From the NCBI RefSeq assembly GCF_036321535.1, contig NC_087450.1, positions 63,302,001 to 63,366,000 on the forward strand: a stretch of DNA of 64,000 bases, given 5' to 3'. The notes beneath the pieces were generated by a model that saw only the letters and a program-made list of their open reading frames with translations, was not told the DNA's origin and ran no database searches. This document shows, piece by piece, positions 25,901 through 37,779 of this stretch. Within the stretch, counting starts at the first letter, position 1, and every line of letters starts with the position of its first letter. The position numbers were made by a program, and so were the translations under genes. The stretch comes from Camelus dromedarius. Lineage: Eukaryota.

Positions 25901-28329
25901 TTGGGCTGCAGGCACGTGTGCTGAGCGTCCCCAGGACCTGTCGTCGGGAGCGCCTCCAGCAGCACCGCTGCCATCAGGCTCAGGGCGAAGTGCCTCCCCA
26001 CAAGCAGGAAGGGTGCCCAGCTGGTCCCACGGAGACAGGCGCCGTCTGGGGAGCCCCCTGCTCACCCTCCAAGGGGGTCTTCGCGTGCTCGCTCCCAGCA
26101 AAGACACGCAGCCCTCAGGAGACCTTCCGGCATCCGGGGCAGTTAGAGCGGGGCGCGCAGGCGCCCTCTGCCTGGCACACCCCAGACTCCGCGGTGTCTG
26201 CAGAGGAGCCCAGGAACAGCAGCGGCTCTTGTCAGCCAAAGGAGGGCGGGGACGCTGTCAGGGCCAAACCCCAGGCGCCAGCAGACCTCTCAGGGAACAG
26301 GAGTCTCAGGCCTGCTCTGCTGACTCTCTTGCAAAACATAGAAACACGAAATGTGGGAAACACTTAAAATAGTGGTTACTTGGAAACGTGTAGTGTTAAA
26401 AGCTTCCAAGAGAAGGCAAGAACTCTCTCAAATAAACAATCTAAGATTCTACCTTTAGAACCAATAACTGATGAACGTCTTTAAAAGTGTGAAAATTGTC
26501 ATTTTGTAATGAGAAGTTTTAGAATGCAGAATAAAATCTGTATCTAAAGGATGGCTTTTGCTAATAGGATACGTACTGAAAAAGAAGCCAGGAGGAAGCG
26601 GTGAAATGCCACGCCACCACCAGGTCACAGACTCTCATCTCTCAGGCTGTGCGACGCTCCACACCCTTCCACGCTGAGACAGTAATAAGATGTCACTGTC
26701 ACTCAAAGGCCAAAACGTCAAAGAAGCGTATTTAGACCAGAGGAGGTAACAGAAAGGGCCAGAACCCCACCAAGGAGGGGCTGGAGAGGGGCTCCCGTGG
26801 CCACATCCAGGCGCTCGCCATGCAGGGCCTCGCGCCCTGCTCCAGCTCCAGCATCCTCACATGTCACCTAGATCCTCCTCCAGCTCCCTGCAACCCACGA
26901 GACTTTCACAGCACACGGTGCTGACCCCGCAGCCCTGGGCCACCCCTGCTCTGCCTCTTGCCCTCCCAGGACCCATCCTCATTTCCCCCCAAACCTCCCC
27001 TCCTCCCTCCCACCTGTGAAAATGGAAAGGACAAATCTGAGAAAGCATTTTTATTCCACCCCAGTAAAAATGAGAGGGACCCAAAGGTCACAGTGAAATG
27101 TGAGAAAGGCAGAATGAAATAATTCCAATGCACAAAGCACCGAGCGTTCCAGGGCTCTGGGCTGGGCCTGCCCGCCTAGGGAGGAAAACCTACAAACCCG
27201 GGCACGTGACTCTGAGGCGCGGCCCGGCTCTGCATGTCGTCCTGAGAGGGGAGCTCTTCAGTTCTGCCTCCTCTCCTTCTTCGCTACCGGCTTTTCCCTC
27301 TTCTGTTACTTAGTTTAATAAACCATGTTATATGTGTGCACATCAAATTAATAGTAAACTATAATGTCAACCAATTTAGAAATTAATTTTTTAAAATATA
27401 ACTAAATCTTATCCAAGATCGCACTTCCCACGTGTATTATTAGTTACTTTTGCCAGTTTCATTCAGGTGCTTAGAACAAATCTACTTCACATACAGAGAA
27501 AGGGCAGTTTATATGTATGTGAGTGAGCGTGTCTTCATTCATCTTCTGTTACCTTTTATTAGCAGTTTCAGAATTGGATTCTAATTTCTTAAATCTTAAA
27601 GAAACACAATGATTTTAGGTAAATATTATTCCAAAAGTCTAAGTGTCAATTAAGAATGTTTGACATTATAACTATATCAACATCAAAATATAAAAATACA
27701 TATGTTTCATTTATATGACATCTTGAAAATTAAAATAAAATAATGTTTGTAAGCTCAATTTTTTTATATGTCTCCAGACTTTAAGCGAACCAGTTTCTTT
27801 CAAAATGCCACTGATTTTGATTACAAGAGGTTGTAGTTGTAAACCCCGATTCCCGCTGCATTGTAAATCCTAAGCACCAACTTAGATGAAACAGTCTTCG
27901 GAGTTTTTCTCTAACGCAGTTACAGGAAGTTCATCTGGATCAGCTTCAGTACAAAGTCACTGCTTAAAACATGCCACGTTTTACATGCAGATCTTGCATC
28001 CTGTATTTACCAGTTACCACTGTGAAGAAATACAGAGTAAAAGTCAAACAAAAATTACTTTATTTACTAGTAGCTATTAATACAGAATAATAAAGGAAAA
28101 ATGCTCCTGAAAATTCTATTTTTTCCAAATTTATTAAACCATCTATTTTATAATTTGAAACTGAAATTTGAAAATGTTTATGTTTGAATTTGAAATTTTC
28201 AAGATCGAAATAAAGATAACTTAGAAATACAGTTCTGAGGGAAAAGGGAGACAAACCTGTTAAAGCTCAGTCTTCAGGAATTAATAGATAATCGTTACTC
28301 CAGAGAGACGAGCACCTGCCCCACTTTCC

Positions 28330-29330
28330 CCCGACGGGACAGGTGACCCACAGCGCAGCCCAGCTGCCCGTCTGCGGCCACACGGGCTCACACGGCAGCC
28401 TCCGGGCCCCAGTCCCCCGCAGCGCCGGCCCGGGACCCCGCCACCGGGACTCGAGGACACGGGACACCAGGAGGGGGGCGCCAGCCGAGGCCGCGGGAAG
28501 GGAAGGGGGCCCCGACCCAGCCCAGCCGGCGGTGGGGTGCAGGAAACCTGCCGGCCGGGCCTGGATGGAAGGCGCCGGCGGTGAGGAGCGTGGACCCCGC
28601 CCTGCCTGAGAGCAGAGGTCACGGGTGTGGAGAGAAGCTGTGGTCTGAACGTAAAGTGCCTCAGACTTTCTCTTGCCACGTTCGCTGGGACAAAGGGCGA
28701 CGCCTGCGGAGCCATCCCGGTCCTGACGGAGCCCCAGAACACATAGATCGCCACATCCGCGCCGCGGCAGGCTCCTGTGTGACCACCGGAGCCCCACCCT
28801 CCACGCCCACCTCGGAAGGTGCGGCCTGTTTAGTCCATAAAACACCCGGGCTCCAGAAGGCGCCTGCCCTCCCTCGTGAGGGTGACCTGGGCGCCGGAGG
28901 GCCCCCCTCCCCGCAGCCCTGCCCGCTCCCGGGGGTGGAGAGCCCTCCTCAGACCCGCCGCGGCCGGGGCCGCTCTCCGCTCGGGCGCTCAGGTGCAGCA
29001 GACACGCCGGGGGCGGACTGCACCCGCAAGAGCCTTCAGACCCGGCACGCGTGCATGTTGCGCGTGCACGGAGTGTGTGGTGTGTGTGGGGGTGTGTGTG
29101 TGTGTGTGAACGCGCATTGCACGTGTGTCTGCGTGTGTGCAGACGTGGCTGTACCCGCGCCTGGCACGCGTGCCCAGGCCAGTCAAACCCGTCCTTCCGT
29201 CAGGACCCCCGCCGGCGGCACCTTCACCCCCGCCCTGAGTCCGTGGTGCCCACCTCCCCGCTGACTCAACCCCGCTCTCGCCCGGCCTCCCCCGGACCAC
29301 TGACCCCGGTGGTCGCCCGGGCTCAGTGCC
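28330..29330. promoter_or_regulatory. Intragenic CpG-rich island in SNTG2 intron 1
   Basis: High CpG density with a sharp boundary against the AT-rich block at 27300-28260; contains an RY-rich tract at about 29050-29170. Confidence 0.55.
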
Positions 29331-32300
29331 CCTCGTGAAGCTGTAACAACCTATTGGCTTAACACGTCCGTGATTCTCCCAGCAGCGTCTCTCTCCTCCC
29401 CTTAGACGCCCGTAACCATCTGCAGTCACGGTGTGTGTTCACTCTCTTCTGCAACCACACGGTGGTCACATCCAGCAGCCAGGGCAGTGACCACACGGGC
29501 AGCACGTCCCCCCCACCCTTCCGCCTGTGCCACCTCCTGTCTGGACCCCTGTTCCACCCCGTACTGTCACCTGGGTCCCCAACACGGCACACGGTACCTG
29601 GCAGGTGTTCAAACACCACTCCGCAGACATCATCACGGACGTGCACCTACATATGAACCGTGTGCACGTTTACAACCACAAAGCACTCTTCCCAATGATG
29701 TCGGACTTCACCTTCATGAAGTCCCCACCCTTCAGGAAGGGCCTGGAGGCTGAGACGCAGGCCAGCCTGGCCAGCCCCTCCCCGTCCCCTACCCTGCAGG
29801 AGACAGTCACAGACGCTGGTGTCTGTCTCCTCATCACACAAACCAGACTGGACCTTCCATCAGGACGACAGGAGCCGGCGCTGCCCGGTGGGCCACACAC
29901 CCCCAGAGGCACTGGCCCGCCTCAGCGTGGTCACCCCAGGTTTAGGGATGAGAAGGGACTCCATGCTTCCCAGGACCGGCTGAAAACCGAGGATAATTAC
30001 AATGTGAAGAATCAAAGTGCTAGTGCCATTTGGCAAAGTAAAGTTATCTGAAGAAAATCATTACGGACACTATTCACCAGGACAGACGTGAGAACAGAAT
30101 AAAGTATATTTTACCATTAATGGTTATGTTGATTTGTAAAACTGATATTAAACTCAGCTACTATGAAAGTATAAAGGCACAATTTTCTCAAATCCAAAAC
30201 AGCTCATCATAAATACAAAATAAATCCTCAGTACAAGGGCCAGAAACGAACCTTCTCCTCAGAGCACCACATACATTTACTTCAGGTAACATTTATTCAC
30301 TCAGCTAGCCTGTCTGCACCAGCATTATGCACCCGCTGAGTAACTGACTCACCCAGCCTCGGGTCTCCTCCTGGAAGCAAGGGGACTCTCCCAGTCACTC
30401 ATAAGCAGCATCACTGGCACAGCTGCAATCACGCCCTTTTGAAAGACAAGCACTGATCAGATTATCCATATTTACACCTGTGGGAGGGCACGAAGCCCAT
30501 AAAACACAGGGGCACCGAGCACCCAGCAAAGGGGTGAGAGCAGGGCTGTGCGGCCATCAGAGAGGCTGGGCTGCACAGTGACGAGGAATTAGCAGGGGGA
30601 CAGTGCTGGTGGGTGGGCCCAGAGTGGGGCCCAACGTCCAGGGAGAGAACAGCAGAAGCAAAGGCCCCGGGGCAGCCACAGGGACACCAGAGTATCCAAA
30701 GTTCAAAAAAGTCATGATTCGGGTCATGACACCAGCTGGAGGGTGTCGCTGTCCTTCTCTGGCACATAAACACAGAGAGGACCAGGTTTCAGGCTAAGAC
30801 TGAGTCGGTTTTAGAAACATTAACCCAACAGCCAAGCAGGCCTCACACGCAGGCACGGCACTGGGGGTCAGCGATGTAGGAGGGCGATTTGACCAGAGGA
30901 GGGAGAGGTTACCTGGAAACAGAATGCGGGAAGACACCCTCCAGCAGAAGGGCTACACCCTCCCACTCTGAAAGGCACAGCCAGGGGCGGGGGAAGCGGC
31001 CAGCAGCCCCAGACTGCTGAGCGGTGAAGCCAGAGGCAGCAGGTCTGGGCCTGGGGACAGAGCGGCCCAAGGGTCTTGGGTACAGAGGCGAAGATGGAGG
31101 TCAGCTGGGGACAGTGACCAGCAAGGGACAGCACCAGGGCCACCACACAGAGGAAAGGGTCGGGGAGACAGGCTCAGCCTCCTCTTCCAACTCCTCTGAT
31201 TTGGAAAGAGAAGCTGGTCTCCTCTTTAAAAGGCACGCCGGGGCCACGGGACTTAGTTTCTGGAGGGTTGCCATCCAAAGTGTCTGCAAACATTGCCAAA
31301 CGTGACACTTATTTCCATGGAAAGTGTTGTAATTTCTGACGGTAATAACTGGCAGCTATGCCAGACTTTATAAACACAGATGATTCTACTGCACACTAGC
31401 TCCGTGGGCAAAAACGTTCTCACGTGGAACGTGGGTGCATCCACATGGCCACGTTTTTACCTGTGGTAACTCTTGGAACAGACAATGAAATACCTGCCTG
31501 CTAGAGCATTCGCATTCATCTAGAAATGGAGCGTGATTCTTACTATGATCTGTCACGTAAACCACTCTGATTACAGCATAAGCAGTTACAGAGGCTCCCT
31601 TTAGTCAATGCTTCAATGCAGTCACCCCTCACTGGGCAGGAGGGGGTCTGTCTTCCGAGGCTGGGGTCTAACTAAAAACAGCATTGAAATCAAAGCAGAG
31701 GAGTGGTCACCAGCACCGCGGCACTTACGGTGCTGGCCCTCCACATTTATATGGTCATGTTTCCAGTACAATTTAGGGCCTCAAGGCAGCGATATGTGTC
31801 CAGATTGCAAATGAATTTTGGTGCCTATCAAAACTAAATAGAGGTGATGTCAAAATGTCAACAGTTTCGAGTCAGATTTACTCCCTCACAGGAAGTACGA
31901 CTGGAAGTAAGAGGCCAGAGCCGGGCTGGTGCCAGCACACAGCCGGGGAGGACGCTGACGGCACTGCTGGGGGAGCACGGGCTCCAAGGTGAGTCCACCT
32001 TGTGCCGACGCGTAGCTGACCATTTCCAACCGTTTCCAGCCGTGGCCTCTCAGAGTGGTCTCTAGACAAGTTAAAAGGCATGTTCACTTTTCTAAAATCT
32101 TACTTCTTTGCTTAATTAAAATACAGCTCATTGAGAACATTGACAGGACATCACACTACAGCCTCGGCAGAAAACAAGCTGTTTCACCAATAATTTTATT
32201 GAAAAACCACATCATAATGTTCACCGCACTTTTTAACCCCACTGAAGACCAAGTGCAAGAGAAGGAGGGCTGGGGCGGGGGGGCGGGGGGGGGCAGCGGG

Positions 32301-33231
32301 GCCGGGGGGGGGCAGCGTGGGGGAGACGCTGGTCACAAGAGCAGGGAGGGTCCTGCTGAGGCAGAAACGCCAGGGACCAGCCGGCCTCCTGTGCCTCAGA
32401 GGAACTGCAGAGTGGCCTGGGGAAAAGTGACATCTAGTGTTGGCTGAAAACAACCCCAAATCTCTCCAAAATGACAATCTGAATGAAACATGCACTAAGC
32501 ATCTGGACAGTAAGGAAGAAGAGCACATACCAGTTTAAATGCAAATACATTTTTTCCACGAAATTCTCATTCATTTTCCTCCAAAAGCATTTTTCTTACC
32601 CTGCCTTGGTTTATCCCCCGAAACACACGCAGATTCTAATTAGCAAGTTTCTGAGGGTGTTGGAATCAGCTTCAGAATGACTTTAGAACCCAAACCACAC
32701 AGTCAGCAGGTGAGGCCGTGAAGACAGGGGACTCCTGGCTCGTGGTCCAGGTGAGGCGTCCAGTCCTGGACTGGGCCTGGCCATGACCACTCGAGTCCAC
32801 CCGCCCTGGTGCATCTGCTCCGTGCAGGACACACGGGCCAGGAGGGCGGAGGGGACCTGGCGTGCCCGTGTTACTGGGTCTTCCTGAGGGGGCAGGTGAG
32901 CCAGGATATCACACTGCTTCCAAACTCTCTCACGGGGCTCGCCTCCCTCCACCCCAATTATACAGCAGCTCAGCGTCTCCACGTGTCACTCGTCCCTGGT
33001 GGCATGCACGTCACTCTGCCCTCCTGCCAGCTGCCTCGAAGTGTGTCTCCTGGGACATCTTGGAAAATGGAACTAAAGTCGAAATTTAAAAAGCCGTATT
33101 TATATTTACATGTCTATACAGACGTGTCGATGTAAAAGGCCGTGGTTCTACCCATATTATTTGGTGAAACGAGGCAATTTTTACATCTGATATTTTCAAT
33201 AAATAAGCATGCTTTTCTAACTTGGATCTTG

Positions 33232-35263
33232 GGGGTTTTTTTTAACATTTTTTATTGATTTATAATCATTTTACAATGTTGTGTCAAATTCCAGTGTTCA
33301 GCACAATTTTTCAGTTATTCATGGACATATACACACTCATTGTCACATTTTTTTCTCTGTGAGTTATCATAACATTTTGTGTATATTTCCCTGTGCTATA
33401 CAGTGTAGTCTATTCTACAATTTTGAAATCCCAGTCTATCCCTTCCCACCCTCCACCCGCCTGGTAACCACAAGTCTGTATTCTCTGTCTGTGAGTCTAT
33501 TTCTGTCCTTTATTTATGCTTTGTTTTTGTTTGTTTGTTTGTTTGTTTTTTGTTTTTTAGATTCCACATATGAGCGATCTCATATGGTATTTTTCTTTCT
33601 CTTTCTGGCTTACTTCACTTAGAATGNNNNNNNNNNNNNNNNNNNNNNNNNNNNNNNNNNNNNNNNNNNNNNNNNNNNNNNNNNNNNNNNNNNNNNNNNN
33701 NNNNNNNNNNNNNNNNNNNNNNNNNNNNNNNNNNNNNNNNNNNNNNNNNNNNNNNNNNNNNNNNNNNNNNNNNNNNNNNNNNNNNNNNNNNNNNNNNNNN
33801 NNNNNNNNNNNNNNATCCTGAAGTAGATTTCCTTCTGGATACAAGCCCAGGAGTGGGATTCCTGGGTCATATGGTAAGNNNNNNNNNNNNNNNNNNNNNN
33901 NNNNNNNNNNNNNNNNNNNNNNNNNNNNNNNNNNNNNNNNNNNNNNNNNNNNNNNNNNNNNNNNNNNNNNNNNNNNNNNNNNNNNNNNNNNNNNNNNNNN
34001 NNNNNNNNNNNNNNNNNNNNNNNNNNNNNNNNNNNNNNNNNNNNNNNNNNNNNNNNNNNNNNNNNNNNNNNNNNNNNNNNNNNNNNNNNNNNNNNNNNNN
34101 NNNNNNNNNNNNNNNNNNNNNNNNNNNNNNNNNNNNNNNNNNNNNNNNNNNNNNNCTTCTGCCCATTTTTGGATTGGGTTGTTTATTTTTTTCTTATTGA
34201 GTCGTATGAGCTGCTTATATATTCTGGAGATCAAGCCTTTGTCGGTTTCACTTGCAAAAATTTTCTCCCATTCCGTAGGTTTTCTTCTTGTTTTATTTCT
34301 GGTTTCCTTTGCTGTGCAGAAGCTTGTAAGTTTCATTAGGTCCCATTTGTTTATTCTTGCTTTTATTTCTTCTAGGAGAAAATTTTTGAAATGTATGTCA
34401 GATAATGTTTTGCCTATGTTTTCCTCTAGGAGGTTTATTGTATCTTGTCTTATGTTTAAGTCTTTAATCCATTTTGAGTTGATTTTTGTATATGGTGTAA
34501 GGGAGTGTTCTAGCTTCATTGTTTTACATGCTGCTGTCCAGTTTTCCCAACACCATTTGCTGAAGAGACTGTCTTTATTCCAACGTATATTCTTGCCTCC
34601 TTTGTCGAAGATGAGTTGACCAGAAGTTTGTGGGTTCATTTCTGGGCTCTCTATTCTGTTCCATTGGTCTATATGTCTGTTTTGGTACCAATACCATGCT
34701 GTCTTGATGACTGTAGCTCTATAGTATTGTCTGAAGTCTGGGAGAGTTATTCCTCCAGCCTCTTTCTTTCTCTTCAGTAATGCTTTGGCAATTCTAGGTC
34801 CTTGATGGTTCCATATAAATTTTATTATGATTTTTTCTAGTTCTGTGAAATATNNNNNNNNNNNNNNNNNNNNNNNNNNNNNNNNNNNNNNNNNNNNNNN
34901 NNNNNNNNNNNNNNNNNNNNNNNNNNNNNNNNNNNNNNNNNNNNNNNNNNNNNNNNNNNNNNNNNNNNNNNNNNNNNNNNNNNNNNNNNNNNNNNNNNNN
35001 NNNNNNNNNNNNGTGTATAATTCTTTCACCTCCTTGGTTAGATTTATTCCCAGATATTTTATTACTTTGGGTGCTATTTTAAAGGGGATTGTTTCTTTAC
35101 TTTCTTCTTCTGTTGATTTATCGTTAGTGAAAAGAAATGCAACTGATTTTTGAACGTTAATTTTGTAACCTGCTACCTTGCTGAATTCTTCAATCAGCTC
35201 TAGTAGCTTTTGTGTGGACCTTTTAGGGTTTTCTATACATAGTAACATGTCATCAGCATATAA
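33232..35263 (-). mobile_element. Young camelid-type 5'-truncated L1 (about 2 kb), sense to SNTG2
   Basis: ORF 33557-35248 is the L1 ORF2 C-terminal part ([64 protein letters not shown]) with no stops in the unmasked parts; AATAAA at 33256-33251; TSD TGGATCTTG at 33223-33231 and 35264-35272. Confidence 0.95.
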
Positions 35264-37779
35264 TGGATCTTGTTAAACTGTTCATTAGGAAACATATCTC
35301 CTGGTCAAATCAGGGGATTCCCCATTTGAAAGATATGAATCTTGCTTTGGGGTCACGGACATCATCAAAAGTTCTACACCTGAGATCAGAGATGAGTCAG
35401 CAAGGATTAGGCGCATAACAGAAGTGTAAAAGCAACGGACAGCCTCCCCACGGGGTTCCTGCCTAACTCGTGCAGGGGTTCGCATCTCTCACCAGGTGAG
35501 TAAGTGCTTCCATTCCTAGACGCACATTCTAAACGGCCTGCCGTGGTCACACCTTCCTGTCCCCTGGCTCCTCGGAAGGACTCCCACATGGCTGGCTCTC
35601 CCCTGCTTCCAGCCCCTCAGACTGAAGCAGTGTTGCTGATTAAAAACAGAAAATGTGTGTTCAGCACAAATCCACAGCAGTGTTTGAACCCAAAGCAGGG
35701 CACACTCAGCACACCATACTGGTGGTTCTCCAGCCAGGGTCCATGCGGGACACAGGGAGGGTCGGGGATAAGGGTGTGAATTGGCTCAACTCAGGAAGCG
35801 TGTGTAACAGAGAGCAGCTACTTAAAGCCAAGGAGGAAAAAGCAGCTCCAGCACTGAACAAGCGACATTCAAATTTGGCCAAATTCTGATTTAAACAAGC
35901 AGCCACAAAGAACACATTGTGTTTCTGACTTCAAAAAATGTTTACAACCAGAAATATAATGGGTTTAAACCAACTTGCTTTGTTGTCATCATTTTTCTAA
36001 TTAGAAGCACTAAGTTCTCCTTCTTCACCGAAATGATTAAATAACTTTGTAAGTTCAATGATATTACAGATAGTTACTGATAAGAAAATCAGTAAATCTG
36101 CACGGTTGTCTAGTCTCCAATGATTCAAGTACAAACGAATGGCTGTTAAAGATTCATGGAGCAAAGGTGGACATGTCACTTTCCAGCAAACGTGCCAGCC
36201 ATGACTGTGTGCGATGAACGGTCCTGTTTTAAAAAGACATGTGTAAACAGAACATTCAGCAAATTCATTTTAAATGAGCAGAACCTGAATCTTTCAGCAG
36301 GCTGGAGCACACGCAGAACGTGTCTTCTATTTGTGAAAGCAGAGGGACCCTCCTGCTCTTGCCTGCTCTGTCATAATGCTGACATCGGTTCCCTGCCAGT
36401 GCAAGTCACATAGGTCGCATCGGAGAACCCAGGCCCTTATTGTAAAGGGAGCACTAATTACATCCTCAGTAAATGGGATGGAGCCCCTTGTCTGAGCCCC
36501 GCATTCAGTGTCTTAAAGGAGCCAACACTTAGCAGCCTGGAGAGAACTTATTTCAGGACCTCAGGTGACATGCTTTTGAAAACCTGAAGTTATTGCCCAT
36601 ACCCCTCAGCTGGGTCAAGCATGCAGTATGATGAACCCGCTTATTTGCTCCTCTATGTTCACCGCGGTTGTAAACAAGCCGGTTGTGGGACCACCGCAAG
36701 GAGACCTGCAGCTCCCACCCAGGGAGCATCGCTGTGAACTCAAGGCAGTGACGAAGCAGAGCGCCCCTGACTCCCAGCCGCTCTCTTTGCTCAAGCAGCT
36801 CACTTCCAGTTATTCCAAGCCCATCTAGCGGTTTAATTTCCAGTAGCTGGAAAACTGCTCCATGACAAAGAATGTAAAACACTCAACACGGAACTTTACG
36901 TGAAATTTAATTTCAAGATTTCGCACTAATGTCCCAGAATGATATAGCTTGGTGGAAGAGGCAACTATCTCTATGTACATTTTTTTTAAAAGAAAAACAT
37001 ACAAGAATTACTGCCCTGGTTTAGAGGCATTCTGACATGAGAATTTATAAAAGTCTTCAATCCACAGTCTGCTGAAACATTTGTCAGCCATCCTGAGAAG
37101 CACAGCTAAATACATGCCGGGTTTTTGGTCACTCCTGAGATCAGGGACTCTGCAGGGACAAACCCTACAGAAGGCGGTTACTGGGAGCACAGGGATTAGC
37201 CCATTAGCCCAGAGCCTCCGCGGCTCAGGATCCTTAAATTGTTTCCAGAACACTTCGGTTATGCTGTGAGTGGCAACTCGAAGGTTTCCAAGAACTTTTC
37301 GTTTTCGTCTGAGCCACATTTCTGTTTTCCCCCAGCAGTTCAGTTATTTAAAAATAAGAGGGTGGAGGGGGAGTCTCTTGGGGTAGGGATAGAACAGTTG
37401 TCACGCACAGGCTCTGTATTAAGGATTCGGTGCTGAGAGCTGAGCTGTCCCCTGAGTTGCTGGGCACTCGGCTAGGGCCCTCAGAATCGGGCAGAGGCCC
37501 CCAGGACCGAGCTGCGCCAGCGACCCCGACCCGCACCCATCCAGGGGCTCGCCTCCGCTCGACCCTGGGCTCCGAAGATGCACACAGGAAGATAGGAGGA
37601 GTGAATCCCCACTCCCCAGTTCTGGAAAACCTGGTTCCCACGGCCACAGAGCCCAAGCACCTGCCCAGCCAGCCTTCAAGACAGGGAGAAGGCAAAGCCC
37701 ACAGTTTCCATCTGGGATACTGGGGTTGGGGGACTGAGTGGTCAGGGCGCGAGAGCCCACTGTGCCCGGGGTCCTGGCG

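Noticed and set aside
28267-29429. Several 150-230-aa ORFs
   Set aside because: CpG-island artefacts with no coding signature.
33557-35248. 563-aa ORF as a functional host gene or intact ORF2
   Set aside because: 5'-truncated L1 with TSDs, lacking the endonuclease and most of the RT; masked parts cannot be evaluated.
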